Position numbers and translations under genes: made by a program. A stretch of 64,000 nt of DNA, taken from positions 26,160-90,159 of the IMG/VR virus record IMGVR_UViG_3300023184_008808; one strand, written 5' to 3'. The notes beneath the pieces were generated by a model that had not been told where the DNA came from, made no database searches, and saw nothing but the letters and a program-made list of their open reading frames with translations. Shown one piece after another: positions 1 to 10,446 of the stretch. The stretch comes from a virus. Position 1 is the first letter of the stretch. Each line of letters starts with the position of its first letter.

Positions 1-2
1 CT

Positions 3-203
3 TTAGCGAGTGGTAGTGGAACTAATGTTGTTGGTGGTTATGTTAACAAACAAGGTTCTCTTGATATTACTAGCATAAATCAATTCAATTTTCAAATTGG
101 AAGACTTCTTGATGGAACAAGTGAGATTTTGACTATTGCCATGGCAGGAACATCAGCAAACACGAAAGTTTTGGCTGATCTATCATGGTTTGAGATTATT
201 TGA
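3..203 (+). CDS. 3' end of a hypothetical (possibly structural) protein, partial
   Basis: Frame open from the window edge: LASGSGTNVVGG...KVLADLSWFEII then TGA at 201-203. Confidence 0.7.
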   Translation, partial: LASGSGTNVVGGYVNKQGSLDITSINQFNFQIGRLLDGTSEILTIAMAGTSANTKVLADLSWFEII

Positions 204-498
204 TTTATAATTTTTTAAAACTTTTATCATATGCTTTTTATAACTTTAGGGTTTATTTGATTGCCTTAAATAAAAAGCCGTATTAAGTCTTTAAAATAGT
301 ATAGTTGATGAATCGACCTTGATTGACGAAAAGCTTTGAGAGGCAGCAATTCTCAACTATCATTAAATAATTAGCGGTGGTTGAAAAACTAGCTTACAAA
401 TAATTTTGTTTGGTGCATTATTGATAATCCCTTGGTGCAAGCTACGGGATTCTTTCTTTTCATTTACAAAATAATATAGTTCTAACTCTAAATAAGGC

Positions 499-1233
499 AT
501 GTCTAAGCAAAGATCTAAATCTGCCAAATCTTCCAAGGTTGAAAAACCAACAAATCAACCTTCATCTGGAAAGAGACAGCCTTTTCATTTGGAATTCCTT
601 AACCAAGCACAAAAAATGGCTTGGGCAGCCTTTGATCAACACGATGTGTTGTTTTTATTGGGTTCGCCCGGAACAGGTAAGAGTCATCTTGCTTGTGCTT
701 TTGCCATAAGTGAAATTCTTGCTAAAAAGAAAAAGAAAATTGTTTTGACTCGCCCAATTGTTGAAGCTGGCGAGTCTCTTGGTTATTTGCCCGGAACTTT
801 TGAAGAAAAAGTTAATCCATATATGTTGCCACTTTTTGATTGTATGGATCGTTGTTTGGGCACTGAAGGTCCGCAAAGAGAAATAGTAAATAAAAGTGTG
901 GAATTAGCTCCTATTGCATACATGAGGGGACGCACTTTCCACGATGCTGTTTGTATTTTTGACGAAGCTCAAAATGCAACATTTAATCAATTGAAATTGT
1001 TTCTCAGTCGCTTTGGACAAAATAGTAAAGTTATCATTACTGGAGATCCTTTTCAAAGTGATTTAAGGCCTCAAGATCGTGCTCTTATGCAGATAGTTGA
1101 TAAACTTTCATCGTTAAAAGGAATTGGAATAATTAACTTTAAAGCAAGTTCTATCGTGCGTCATCCGCTGATTGGAGCTATTATGGAAAAATTAGAAGGA
1201 AAAAAGGAGGAAGATGGCACTTGTAGTTCCTAA
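499..1233 (+). CDS. phoH: PhoH family ATPase
   Basis: GSPGTGKS Walker A; LGYLPG, YMRGRTF, DEAQN, ITGDPFQSD and IVRHPL motifs. Confidence 0.95.
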   Translation: MSKQRSKSAKSSKVEKPTNQPSSGKRQPFHLEFLNQAQKMAWAAFDQHDVLFLLGSPGTGKSHLACAFAISEILAKKKKKIVLTRPIVEAGESLGYLPGTFEEKVNPYMLPLFDCMDRCLGTEGPQREIVNKSVELAPIAYMRGRTFHDAVCIFDEAQNATFNQLKLFLSRFGQNSKVIITGDPFQSDLRPQDRALMQIVDKLSSLKGIGIINFKASSIVRHPLIGAIMEKLEGKKEEDGTCSS

Positions 1234-1630
1234 TGAGGGAGAAATTGAACTCCTTAAAAAAGTTTTAATTAACACTACAGACACAGAAGATTTTCTTTTG
1301 CGTTTGTACAATAATAATTACGCACCAGATGAAAACAGTACATTGACTAGCTTTACAGAGGCTGGTTTTACAAATTATTCTGAGAAAACAATTACTCGGG
1401 GTGATTGGAGCAATCCTCCAACTATGGACCCACTGAATAAGGCTCAATGTCAAGTTACAGTTCAATCTTGGACATGTGGTTTGACTGGCAATACTGTTTA
1501 CGGCTATTACATTGTTGGTAGTGTTTCGGGTAAAATTCTTTGGGCTGAACAATTCAATGTGGCAAGGGTTTTAGCTGATGGTGACATTTTAAATGTGACA
1601 CCTATCTTTAATCTCAGCAGCGCCAACTAA
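1214..1630 (+). CDS. putative virion/tail structural protein
   Basis: Small beta-rich protein (GNTVYGYYIV..ILWAE..LADGDILNVTP) resembling phage tail-associated proteins. Confidence 0.55.
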   Translation: MALVVPNEGEIELLKKVLINTTDTEDFLLRLYNNNYAPDENSTLTSFTEAGFTNYSEKTITRGDWSNPPTMDPLNKAQCQVTVQSWTCGLTGNTVYGYYIVGSVSGKILWAEQFNVARVLADGDILNVTPIFNLSSAN

Positions 1631-1705
1631 AAATCATTCATATTTTTATATTATCCCCGATTTCAATATTCGGGGATTTACTTTTTACTGGTCTACATAC
1701 CATAT

Positions 1706-3442
1706 ATGACCACATATAACGAGTTGATGTCTGGTGGAATAGAGAATGGCGATACTGCACTCGTATTTGCTGTATTTAATAATGAATTGATATCGGGCGG
1801 GATAGAAAGTGGCGATACTGCACTTGTATTTGCTGTATTTAATACAGACATGAGTGCTAGTGGCCTTTTGGCAAATGGTTCTGCTATAGTTAGTTGTGAA
1901 ATTAACTTTGCCTCTTCTAGTGGAATTGAAATTGGCGGAGAAGCAATAGTTATAGAAAGAATGGTTTACCGCTCTGATGGTGGTCCTATTCTTACTGGCG
2001 GTGCATCTAGTTTTGTTCTTAGATTGTATTTTGAACAGCAAATCAATTGGAATGTTAATCAAAATATTTTTGTTGACCAAAATTTTTCTTGGGTAACTGG
2101 ACTTCCGCCTTTTCGTTGGTGGCGTGTACAGGGATCTTGTAATTATCCAACAGCAGCTGGAAGTGGATTGCCTACAGGAGATCAATTTCCCGGCGGTCTT
2201 GATGTCATGGGCATAGAAACTGATGATGTTAAGTGTGTTGGTGCAATTGGAAAGCAACAATTTATTCAGCAGATTCTTGCAAGAACAGCATCAGAAGTTT
2301 GTGAAGAGCTAAGAAAAAGTAAGCTAGATTGGCAAATAGTTGGAATGAAAAGATGGAGTCGCCCTGCTGATCCTTCTGTTGTTCAAGCACAAGAGCAAGC
2401 TGGAATAGCTGATTATGGGAATAAATTGGAAGATGTGCCATATCAAACTTTGCCTGCATGTATTGAATTTACTTTTCAAACCAAAGCCATCACTCATATT
2501 CGTGCCACGACAATTTTAATTGATAGTTTGTACTTTTATGCAGGTTCAGGTACTATAAGAACTAGTGGTGCTGCTGATACTGATATTTTAAGTGGCGGAA
2601 CTACTCCAACTGTTGCGTCGTTTAATTATGTTAGCAATGGTCAAATTATTGAGACTGGTGGATCAGCAATAGTAATAAGTTCTGTGGATGTTGATCACAT
2701 TACCGAAATGTTGGTGACAACAACAATTGAAGAAAATGTTGTTTTTACAATTCAAGATAATTTGCCATCAATTATACCGCCATCAAATTCTACTGCTACA
2801 GGTTGTGCAACTTGTGGTGCAATGCCTTTACAAATTTTCTTGCAAAATAATTTGAACAATCCAAGTATTTTATATAATTTCTTGCAACGCAATGGTTATA
2901 CTTTCCCTAATATTATCACGATGAATTATAATGCTAGACTTGAAACATGGGTTTCTCAATTGCATTATGCTGGAATTTCTGATAATGAGTCTTGGAGATT
3001 TAGCTTTGAAATGGGATGTGTGACTGAATATGGTGCTGAAAGTACAGGAACTCCTGCCATTAAGTTTGCAATTAGCATAATGAAAAAAAATATTGATACA
3101 AATACAGATTATGATACACGAATTATTGTTTTGTTTCCTTCAATAGAATTTTGTAGCACTATCAATAACTTTCTTGAGGATTTTCCTTTTTCAATTGATA
3201 TAAAAGCCTTTTTTGTAAATGCTCCAAATTCTATTGCACCAATTACAGTGTTGGTGTATGATAAAATAGGCATTTTTAGTTCAACTTATTGGGCATCTAA
3301 TCCAAACCTTAATTTAAGGTTATCGAGCACAAGTAGTTCTACAATAGAAGAAAAGCTTGATATTACTTCATTTTTACCTAAGCAAAATACTTTAATAGCA
3401 CAGGGGTTAAATATCGCTGAGGCTGCGATTCAATTGGAGTAA
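1706..3442 (+). CDS. hypothetical, probably structural protein with SGG-rich repeats
   Basis: 578-aa ORF, G/S/T-rich, N-terminal 21-aa duplication, TACATA motif upstream. Confidence 0.6.
   Translation: MTTYNELMSGGIENGDTALVFAVFNNELISGGIESGDTALVFAVFNTDMSASGLLANGSAIVSCEINFASSSGIEIGGEAIVIERMVYRSDGGPILTGGASSFVLRLYFEQQINWNVNQNIFVDQNFSWVTGLPPFRWWRVQGSCNYPTAAGSGLPTGDQFPGGLDVMGIETDDVKCVGAIGKQQFIQQILARTASEVCEELRKSKLDWQIVGMKRWSRPADPSVVQAQEQAGIADYGNKLEDVPYQTLPACIEFTFQTKAITHIRATTILIDSLYFYAGSGTIRTSGAADTDILSGGTTPTVASFNYVSNGQIIETGGSAIVISSVDVDHITEMLVTTTIEENVVFTIQDNLPSIIPPSNSTATGCATCGAMPLQIFLQNNLNNPSILYNFLQRNGYTFPNIITMNYNARLETWVSQLHYAGISDNESWRFSFEMGCVTEYGAESTGTPAIKFAISIMKKNIDTNTDYDTRIIVLFPSIEFCSTINNFLEDFPFSIDIKAFFVNAPNSIAPITVLVYDKIGIFSSTYWASNPNLNLRLSSTSSSTIEEKLDITSFLPKQNTLIAQGLNIAEAAIQLE
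1718..1843 (+). repeat. 63-bp direct repeat x2 (NELxSGGIExGDTALVFAVFN)
   Basis: Units 1718-1780 and 1781-1843 share ggcgatactgcactYgtatttgctgtatttaat. Confidence 0.9.
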
Positions 3443-3445
3443 TTT

Positions 3446-3793
3446 ATGGAATTTTATTTACTTTGTGCGGTTTTGCTTGTTAGTTTAATTTGTTTAACTT
3501 TAACTTTTTTTCTTTCAATCTATGTGGTAAGATCCATGGACAGGACTACGATGATGATTCGTGATTTATCATCTATTATTTCTGAGCCTTTGGCCACACA
3601 AGCATTGACAAATTCAGATGTGGAGTCACAAGTTAAGACTTGGGATCAAAAATACGAGGAAGATCTTGAAATGATTCAGCGACGAATTCGTCAAGCTTCT
3701 GGTCTTACTGATTTGCGGGATGGCACCTCGTATAATACCCCTCCTGCTCCCAATTCTCAAGCAGCTGAAGGCCTTAAAATTGTAGATCGTTGA
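3446..3793 (+). CDS. membrane-anchored hypothetical protein
   Basis: N-terminal hydrophobic helix. Confidence 0.7.
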   Translation: MEFYLLCAVLLVSLICLTLTFFLSIYVVRSMDRTTMMIRDLSSIISEPLATQALTNSDVESQVKTWDQKYEEDLEMIQRRIRQASGLTDLRDGTSYNTPPAPNSQAAEGLKIVDR

Positions 3794-3806
3794 GTTGGCA
3801 TAAAGG

Positions 3807-4832
3807 ATGAGCCAAATGCGTAGCAGTTCCGTAAAATACCGCAACTTAAATAGTTCTAGGCGTTTTGGTGTTGAAATTGAAATGGGTCATGAGATTAAGA
3901 AGAAACAGGTTCAAGTCCTTCTCAACAAACATTCACTTTATCCTACAGTTATAACAAGATATGCTCTTAGTTCTAATAATTTATATTGGCATGTTAAAGA
4001 TGATGCTACTTGCGGGATTCATGGAAGATATGGCCCAAAAGGTGTAGAAATAGCTTCTTATATTGGATCTGGCATAGGTGATATTGATCATATTTCTAAT
4101 ACGGCTGAAAAACTAGCTCAATCAGGATGTCGAGTTAATGACAATTGTGGTTTGCACATTCACGCCGAGGTGCTTGATTTAACTCCTGCTCAAATTGGGG
4201 TTGTTATGGCACATTGGATTAAATTTGAACATTTATTAAGTTTGGCTTTGCCTGTTCGTCGTAGAAACAATGAATTTTGTCGTTACACTATTCATCCTTG
4301 TGCTTCTAGTGCTGATTACTGTGGTAAAATTGTACGACAAGAAACTTATGATGCAATTTCTTTTTGCAATATGATTATGCCTCAAAATATTGCAATTTAT
4401 GATAATCATGATCGTAGGATAAATCTGAATCTTGTTAATTTGGCTCGTAGTTTGTTTCACAAAAACTCTTATCGAAGAACCATGGAACTTCGTTGGCCAG
4501 AAGGAACTCTTGATGCCAGAGATATTCGTTGTTGGCTACATCTTTTTTTAAGTTTTATTGAAAACACAAAGAATCGTTCTATGCCAAAGAATTTGTATTC
4601 TTGCGATCTTGATGAAGGATTGTCTTATCTTGGAATGAATCATGAACGAGGCAAATTTATTATTTTAAGTCAGGGTCTTTTTGAAACAAAAACTTGGTTT
4701 CTTGAAAGAATTTTAAAATTTTACAAAGAAAATGTGGACTTTTCTCATAATCCAATTTATGCTGCATCGGTTGCTATTAGCACTCAAAAGGCTTTACGAA
4801 AGATGTGGCATCCTGTTCGCAAATACAATTGA
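3807..4832 (+). CDS. putative amidoligase (COOH-NH2 ligase family)
   Basis: FGVEIE, KDDAT, GVEIAS, CGLHIH and TMELRWPEGT motifs. Confidence 0.88.
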   Translation: MSQMRSSSVKYRNLNSSRRFGVEIEMGHEIKKKQVQVLLNKHSLYPTVITRYALSSNNLYWHVKDDATCGIHGRYGPKGVEIASYIGSGIGDIDHISNTAEKLAQSGCRVNDNCGLHIHAEVLDLTPAQIGVVMAHWIKFEHLLSLALPVRRRNNEFCRYTIHPCASSADYCGKIVRQETYDAISFCNMIMPQNIAIYDNHDRRINLNLVNLARSLFHKNSYRRTMELRWPEGTLDARDIRCWLHLFLSFIENTKNRSMPKNLYSCDLDEGLSYLGMNHERGKFIILSQGLFETKTWFLERILKFYKENVDFSHNPIYAASVAISTQKALRKMWHPVRKYN

Positions 4833-4907
4833 AAAGCTTTGAAATGTGTATATAATTTAACAACTGAATTACTTTAACTTACTTTCAACATTACCAAGGA
4901 ACTTTAA

Positions 4908-5441
4908 ATGACTACTGCAAATTACCATAATCTTGTATTGAATAATGTTTCTATGGCCAAAAAAATGGCTCGATCTCGCAAGAGATCTACTTATAATATA
5001 ACTTTTGATGAATTGGAATCAGCTGCAATGCTTGGCCTTGTTCAAGCAGCCAATTCTTATGGAGATCAAGAAAAAGATCTTTTTCCTCGTTATGCTAAAT
5101 TTCGCATTTATGGTGCTATGAATGATTATCTTAGGGAACTTGGTTGGGGACCTAGAAATAAATGGTTGAATCGAGATTTTAATTTTTGTATTGAAGAAAT
5201 ACCTGAGGTTATTGTTGATCGTGATACTAATGATTTTTTTGACATATTGTTAGAATGTTTGCCTGTCAACCATCGAGTCATGATGAAAAGATACTATATT
5301 GATGGTGACAAAATCACTAAAATTTCTAATGATTTTAAACTTGCAGAATCAAGAATTTCACAAATACTTACAAATTCTAGATTAAAGCTGCAAGAGGTAT
5401 GGGAAGATAGGCGTTATGAATTGTGGAAATTGGTAGCTTAA
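4908..5441 (+). CDS. sigma-70 family RNA polymerase sigma factor (FliA/WhiG-like)
   Basis: Region 2 DELESAAMLGLVQAA..FPRYAKFRIYGAMNDYLR; region 4 LAESRISQI. Confidence 0.88.
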   Translation: MTTANYHNLVLNNVSMAKKMARSRKRSTYNITFDELESAAMLGLVQAANSYGDQEKDLFPRYAKFRIYGAMNDYLRELGWGPRNKWLNRDFNFCIEEIPEVIVDRDTNDFFDILLECLPVNHRVMMKRYYIDGDKITKISNDFKLAESRISQILTNSRLKLQEVWEDRRYELWKLVA

Positions 5442-5459
5442 ATAAGGTAGGAGAGCGCT

Positions 5460-6374
5460 ATGAATGCTTTAGTCATTTTATTAGGTTTACTTTTGACTCC
5501 TGATCAAAAATCTGTGAAGTCTCCCATTATTACACCTGATTTAAATCCTTCAAAACAAGAAGTTGAGCCTTCTGTTATAGAAGCACCACTTGAAGATCCA
5601 GAGCTTAAAAATCTTGAATGGAATCGTTATGTCACTAAGAATTTTACAATTCTTAGCATTGACAATGAACGAGGTAAGTTGCTTGCTGAAAACATTGAGG
5701 CCATGAAAGCTTCTGCTTTAGTTAGATGGGGTTTTCCAGATGTAACTTTCACAAAAGAATGTCGAGTATTTTGTGTTCCTTCTTACAGTTTGTTAAAGAA
5801 ATTTTTTAATATTAACTCTGGTCGTGTTCAAAGTCGCAAGGATTTAAATGTAATTTGGTTTGTGCTTGATGATAAACCTAGTAAAGCTATTTTGCCTTTG
5901 ATAACTCAAATTGCTTTGAATGAATATGAAATTGCTCAAAAGACTATTTTGCCTTTTTGGTTTAAGCGTGGGGCTTTTATTTTGAATGGCCCTGTTGCAG
6001 ACATTCGTCAAGAATTAACCAATTTTAATGATATTGCTCGTAAAGAGCAGTTTACTCATACGGCTGAACAAATGCTTGTTAGCACCGAAGAAGAATATAA
6101 CAAGCAAAGTGCCGAAAACAAAAAGATATATGATGAGCAGGCCGTTTGTTTGTGTCTGCTTTTACGCAAAGAGTTTGGAGAAGTAAAGTTGCAGGGTTTT
6201 TTAAGAATTCTCTCTCGTAATAAACCTGATATTGCAATAGCTGTTGTTTATTTTTTCAAAGATTTGGCTAGCTTAGATAAAAGCTATGTTAGATTCATGA
6301 AAGATTTATCTGCGGATATTGTGCGAAATGAAACTCCTGATTCTTATTTGATAATTACACCCGTTCAGAAGTAA
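5460..6374 (+). CDS. hypothetical secreted protein
   Basis: SD AGGAG, short hydrophobic N-terminus, 304 aa. Confidence 0.7.
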   Translation: MNALVILLGLLLTPDQKSVKSPIITPDLNPSKQEVEPSVIEAPLEDPELKNLEWNRYVTKNFTILSIDNERGKLLAENIEAMKASALVRWGFPDVTFTKECRVFCVPSYSLLKKFFNINSGRVQSRKDLNVIWFVLDDKPSKAILPLITQIALNEYEIAQKTILPFWFKRGAFILNGPVADIRQELTNFNDIARKEQFTHTAEQMLVSTEEEYNKQSAENKKIYDEQAVCLCLLLRKEFGEVKLQGFLRILSRNKPDIAIAVVYFFKDLASLDKSYVRFMKDLSADIVRNETPDSYLIITPVQK

Positions 6375-6382
6375 GGAGCAAC

Positions 6383-6682
6383 ATGTTTTTGCTTTTATCT
6401 TGGCTTATATTTGGTTTACTTGTTGGTTGGATTTCTAAGAAGCTTCATCCGGGCGATGACCCAGTTGGTTTTATTCCTACAGTTGGAATTGGTGTTGCTG
6501 GTTCATTCATAGGAGGAGCAATCAATTGGTTGCTTGGAATGGGTAGTCAACCTTTTCAGGCATCAGGTTTAATTATGTCAATTCTTGGAGGCATCGTGGC
6601 TTGTGCCGTTTGGCGTTGGTATAATTTGAAGTTTTCTGAAAATGGTCCTAAAAGTTTTTTTACAGGCAAGTCACTCCGTTAA
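6383..6682 (+). CDS. GlsB/YeaQ/YmgE (transglycosylase-associated) membrane protein
   Basis: WLIFGLLVGWISK..PG..GFIPTVGIGVAGSFIGG pattern with 3 TM helices. Confidence 0.85.
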   Translation: MFLLLSWLIFGLLVGWISKKLHPGDDPVGFIPTVGIGVAGSFIGGAINWLLGMGSQPFQASGLIMSILGGIVACAVWRWYNLKFSENGPKSFFTGKSLR

Positions 6683-6707
6683 ATTATCTGAGAGCAAGGA
6701 AAGTTGA

Positions 6708-6929
6708 ATGCTCGACCCCAAAGTTGTTGAAAAGTTGAAAGAAAAATATCCTAATCTTCACCCTTTGCTTTTTCACAGGTCAGTTGAAAGAGCAAAGAGT
6801 AATGGTGATCTTTTTGATATTCTTGATACAGTTCCTGAAAAATATCCTGTGCGATGGTGTGAGCGTGAATGCCGTTGGATAGAGGTTAATGATCTTTATT
6901 TATTAGATGATTTTGAACAACTCCAGTAG
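6708..6929 (+). CDS. hypothetical protein
   Basis: SD AAGGA, operon-like spacing. Confidence 0.7.
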   Translation: MLDPKVVEKLKEKYPNLHPLLFHRSVERAKSNGDLFDILDTVPEKYPVRWCERECRWIEVNDLYLLDDFEQLQ

Positions 6930-6940
6930 TAACATTACCT

Positions 6941-7594
6941 ATGCGACTCTATGAAGAATATTTGCAGCGACATGGCATCGTTGATGTTCCATTGGTGCAT
7001 CACTCTTCTTATTCCAGTATTTTTTTAAATTTACCTCATAGCTTAGATTTGCAAAATCTTTCTATATGGGAATCTATTCACAATAACACTAATGTTCGTG
7101 CTGGATTTTTAGAAGTTGTTTGGAGTAAATCAGAAAATCGTCCGGGGCGTTATAATTTAGGATTTTATTATATCGGTCATGATTCTTATTATAATGGAAA
7201 CATAAGATTTAAATATCATAAGGTAGTTGAATTGCTATGGGACGAATATGAGTTTTACATTTTCAATCTTGTAAACTCATTGAACTCTTCTCATTTGTTT
7301 CATAGTGAAAGCAAGGCAATATTAGCTGGTTGGGAGTTGTTTGTGCATGGTTGTGATTACTTTTTCTCTCAACAAAGCGGAGATTTAAAATATCTTTTGT
7401 TTCACAGCTTAGATAAAGAAAATGATGAATCCTATAGATTGGGTTACATCAATGAAGTATTGCGTAGAATTTATAATTCTCAACCTTTGTTAGTAAGATA
7501 TTGGGAAGAAGAAATTTTGAATCGTATACGCAATCAGTCTGAATGGTTGATAAAATTGATTGAATTAAAATGCAAAAAAAATACGCACCAGTAA
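6941..7594 (+). CDS. hypothetical protein
   Basis: 217-aa ORF in co-oriented array. Confidence 0.7.
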   Translation: MRLYEEYLQRHGIVDVPLVHHSSYSSIFLNLPHSLDLQNLSIWESIHNNTNVRAGFLEVVWSKSENRPGRYNLGFYYIGHDSYYNGNIRFKYHKVVELLWDEYEFYIFNLVNSLNSSHLFHSESKAILAGWELFVHGCDYFFSQQSGDLKYLLFHSLDKENDESYRLGYINEVLRRIYNSQPLLVRYWEEEILNRIRNQSEWLIKLIELKCKKNTHQ

Positions 7595-8388
7595 GAGTTA
7601 AAAATCCCTCAGCTAAGAATGTCTTAATTCGATTGTTGCAAGGACAACAACTTAATCTTGTATTTGATAAACCTAATTTTTTAGAATATAAAATTGATAT
7701 TGCAGGATCTTTTCTTGCTGTGGATGATATTATTCAAATAAATTCTGGTTGGGTTGCAAATATAACTCAAAAAAATCAAGATGTTAATTTGGAAAGCGCT
7801 TTATTTTTGGGCGAAATAAGTTTATACAATAATGACAATATAAAAAGTTCTAGCTTGTGTGTTGTAACCAATGCATCGAACAATGATGTTCTGCGAATAG
7901 TTAATCCTACAGACTGCAACATTAGTGTTGAGCCTCATCAAGTTCTTGAAGTTGTGTTTAAAGGAAAAAGTTTGACAGAGCGTTGGGTGCCATTTCCAAG
8001 TGGCAAAGAAATGGTTCTTGAACAAATTCAGCATTCATTTAACAAGTCTTGCAACATTAAAAATTTTGATCTAATATTTGAAGAAACTCATCGATTCAGA
8101 TTTAATGCTGCAAGTATTGAATATTTGTCTGAAAAACCAGTAGGAAAATATGATGGCGGCAATTTATTTTTTACAGGCTTTGGTCGAAATTGTACGCTTG
8201 GTATTACATGTTCTTGGAAAGGAAAAGGACAACTTTATAATGCACTTTTGTTGCCAAAACATATTGGATCAACATCTCCTTTTAAAGGATGGGGTCGCAT
8301 TAAAAAGTGTTTGCATTCTGAAGTTACTTTGTGCAAAATAGATTGTCCATCTATAGAAACAGGTTGTGTTATATTAACATCAGGATAA
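7570..8388 (+). CDS. hypothetical protein
   Basis: 272-aa ORF in co-oriented array. Confidence 0.7.
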   Translation: MQKKYAPVRVKNPSAKNVLIRLLQGQQLNLVFDKPNFLEYKIDIAGSFLAVDDIIQINSGWVANITQKNQDVNLESALFLGEISLYNNDNIKSSSLCVVTNASNNDVLRIVNPTDCNISVEPHQVLEVVFKGKSLTERWVPFPSGKEMVLEQIQHSFNKSCNIKNFDLIFEETHRFRFNAASIEYLSEKPVGKYDGGNLFFTGFGRNCTLGITCSWKGKGQLYNALLLPKHIGSTSPFKGWGRIKKCLHSEVTLCKIDCPSIETGCVILTSG

Positions 8389-8392
8389 ATTT

Positions 8393-9052
8393 ATGAAAAT
8401 TGAATTTTTACCTGATAGGAATATAACGCTTGTTTATTGTTCTCCCCCTATTGGTAACTTTGGTCTTGAACATTTTGATGGTCACATTACAGTTTGGGAT
8501 CATTGTCGTGAACAATTTGCTGTTAAATATACAGAAAAAATTGCTGGTTTTTACATGTCTCACAATCAGGGCGTGGGAAATAATATTGCTCGTTTTTTAA
8601 CGAAATTTGAGCGTATTGTAAAGACTAGTGGTCGTTATAAAAATATGAAATATAGTAAATTTGCCAAAACAAATAATCCTTTGATTATTTACATTGAACC
8701 AAGTGATTTTTGGCGGAACTGTTATTTCAAGCGTTCTCTTCTTACAATTCTTGTTCGTTGTGGAATGAATTATGATTTTAAAAAAGACAATTTTGATGAC
8801 GCTCTTTTTAGTGTAGATTATAAAGAATCAACCTATCTTAAAGAAACCAAGCCTGCTGTTTTGCGATTTATGTTTGGATTTACACACTATAACGGTGTTG
8901 TTCCTCCATTTCTTGAAACAACTGTTTTAAAACATGGTTGGCGTGAAGAGTTTCAAAAACTTGATGAAACAGCTATTCGCAATCGTTTAATTTTGCCTCC
9001 CGGAATTAAAAAGCAACCTAATATTGTTGGTGCAGAATCGCTTTGGGTTTAG
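8393..9052 (+). CDS. hypothetical protein
   Basis: 219-aa ORF in co-oriented array. Confidence 0.7.
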   Translation: MKIEFLPDRNITLVYCSPPIGNFGLEHFDGHITVWDHCREQFAVKYTEKIAGFYMSHNQGVGNNIARFLTKFERIVKTSGRYKNMKYSKFAKTNNPLIIYIEPSDFWRNCYFKRSLLTILVRCGMNYDFKKDNFDDALFSVDYKESTYLKETKPAVLRFMFGFTHYNGVVPPFLETTVLKHGWREEFQKLDETAIRNRLILPPGIKKQPNIVGAESLWV

Positions 9053-9079
9053 CCTTCCTAGATATGGTAGGAGGTAACC

Positions 9080-9565
9080 ATGAGCGATCAATTAGAAGCA
9101 TTGGCCAGAAAACCAAAAATTGAAGAATCTATTCCTATTTGGATTAAGATTTTTGGTGGTTCTATTGTAAGTGTCCTTTTTCTTTGCATAATTACTGTTG
9201 TTGGATATGTGGTCAATAATCTAAATAGCTTGCAAATTCAAATCAATACCCTTACTTCACAAATGATAACTAAAGATGAAAATACGGCACAACACAAGGT
9301 TATGTGGGACACTTTTATGGGGCAAATTAAAACCACACAAGATACGCTCGCACCAGTTAAAGAACGAGTTAGCACCTGTGAACAACTTGCTAAAGAAAGG
9401 CAAGTAGCAGTAGAAAAAATTGAAGCTAGGCAGATTTTTCAGGAAAAATCGATAGAAACTTTAAATTTTCAATTGCGGGAAGAAATTAAATCTTTGCAAA
9501 AAGATTTACAACTTTTGCGTGAGCGTTTGGCATCTATTGAAGGTAAGATAGCTGAAAAGAAATAA
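9080..9565 (+). CDS. single-TM coiled-coil protein
   Basis: TM helix near residues 20-45 then heptad-rich C-terminus; SD GGAGG. Confidence 0.75.
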   Translation: MSDQLEALARKPKIEESIPIWIKIFGGSIVSVLFLCIITVVGYVVNNLNSLQIQINTLTSQMITKDENTAQHKVMWDTFMGQIKTTQDTLAPVKERVSTCEQLAKERQVAVEKIEARQIFQEKSIETLNFQLREEIKSLQKDLQLLRERLASIEGKIAEKK

Positions 9566-9576
9566 GGGGTTCTGTT

Positions 9577-10374
9577 TTGAAAAATAGCGGACAATGGTTT
9601 TTTACAGCAGATACACATTTTGGACATGCAAACATCATTAAGTATTGCAAACGCCCATTTTTGAACCGTGACCAGTTAGATCTTTGTGATCTTATCAATT
9701 CTGGAACAATTCCTCATACAGATTTAACAGTGACAACTTCGGTTGTTAATGCTATGGATGATTTTATTCTCCATAGCATTAACTCTACAGTTGATAAAGA
9801 TGATAACTTAGTGATCATAGGTGATTTCTGCTTTTCTAAATCTAATCAAATTTTAGAGATAACTCGTAATTATCGTAATCGCATTAAATGTAAAAATGTT
9901 TTTTTAGTATTTGGAAATCATGATCATCGAGATGCTTGCCGTGAGGTATTTACTAACTGTTATGATAACTATTTATTTAAAATTGATGGACATCTAATTT
10001 TCACTACTCATTATCCTTGCAGATCATGGGATCGTGCTAGTCATGGTAGTTGGTGTCTTTATGGTCATGTGCATAATAAGTTTCATCCTTTTGATAACGG
10101 CAGGCTAATGCCTTATGATAATGCTGTTCTTCAAGAGGGATTTAGCTCAATATTAAAAAGACATAACATTCATGAAAGTGCAATTATTGTAAATGATCTT
10201 CTTGCTGCCGTGGCAAGTCTGAACGGATCGGAACTAACTCTTGATGTGGGAGTTGATAATGTTCGAGAAGGAGTGCCTTTTGGCACACCATGGGGCATGA
10301 TCGATTTGCGTATTTATATGCAACAAAAGCAACAAGCATGGCTGTTAAGAAAAAATCGCAATTATAAAAATTAG
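9577..10374 (+). CDS. calcineurin-like metallophosphoesterase
   Basis: ADTHFGH, IGD, GNHD, THYP, GHVH and DVGVD motifs. Confidence 0.9.
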   Translation: MKNSGQWFFTADTHFGHANIIKYCKRPFLNRDQLDLCDLINSGTIPHTDLTVTTSVVNAMDDFILHSINSTVDKDDNLVIIGDFCFSKSNQILEITRNYRNRIKCKNVFLVFGNHDHRDACREVFTNCYDNYLFKIDGHLIFTTHYPCRSWDRASHGSWCLYGHVHNKFHPFDNGRLMPYDNAVLQEGFSSILKRHNIHESAIIVNDLLAAVASLNGSELTLDVGVDNVREGVPFGTPWGMIDLRIYMQQKQQAWLLRKNRNYKN

Positions 10375-10380
10375 TTTTGC

Positions 10381-10409
10381 TTTACAACCAAACTTATTTT
10401 GAATATAAT
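10381..10409 (+). promoter_or_regulatory. sigma70-like early promoter
   Basis: TTTACA-17 nt-TATAAT upstream of the sigma gene at 10447. Confidence 0.7.
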
Positions 10410-10446
10410 CATGGTGTTTCGATAATTAAAACCATGAAGTTTAATC

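Noticed and set aside
301-360. Hammerhead ribozyme or c-di-GMP-I riboswitch
   Set aside because: UGAUGA/GAAA and GACGAAAAGC-like words are present, but the required stems and core geometry are not.
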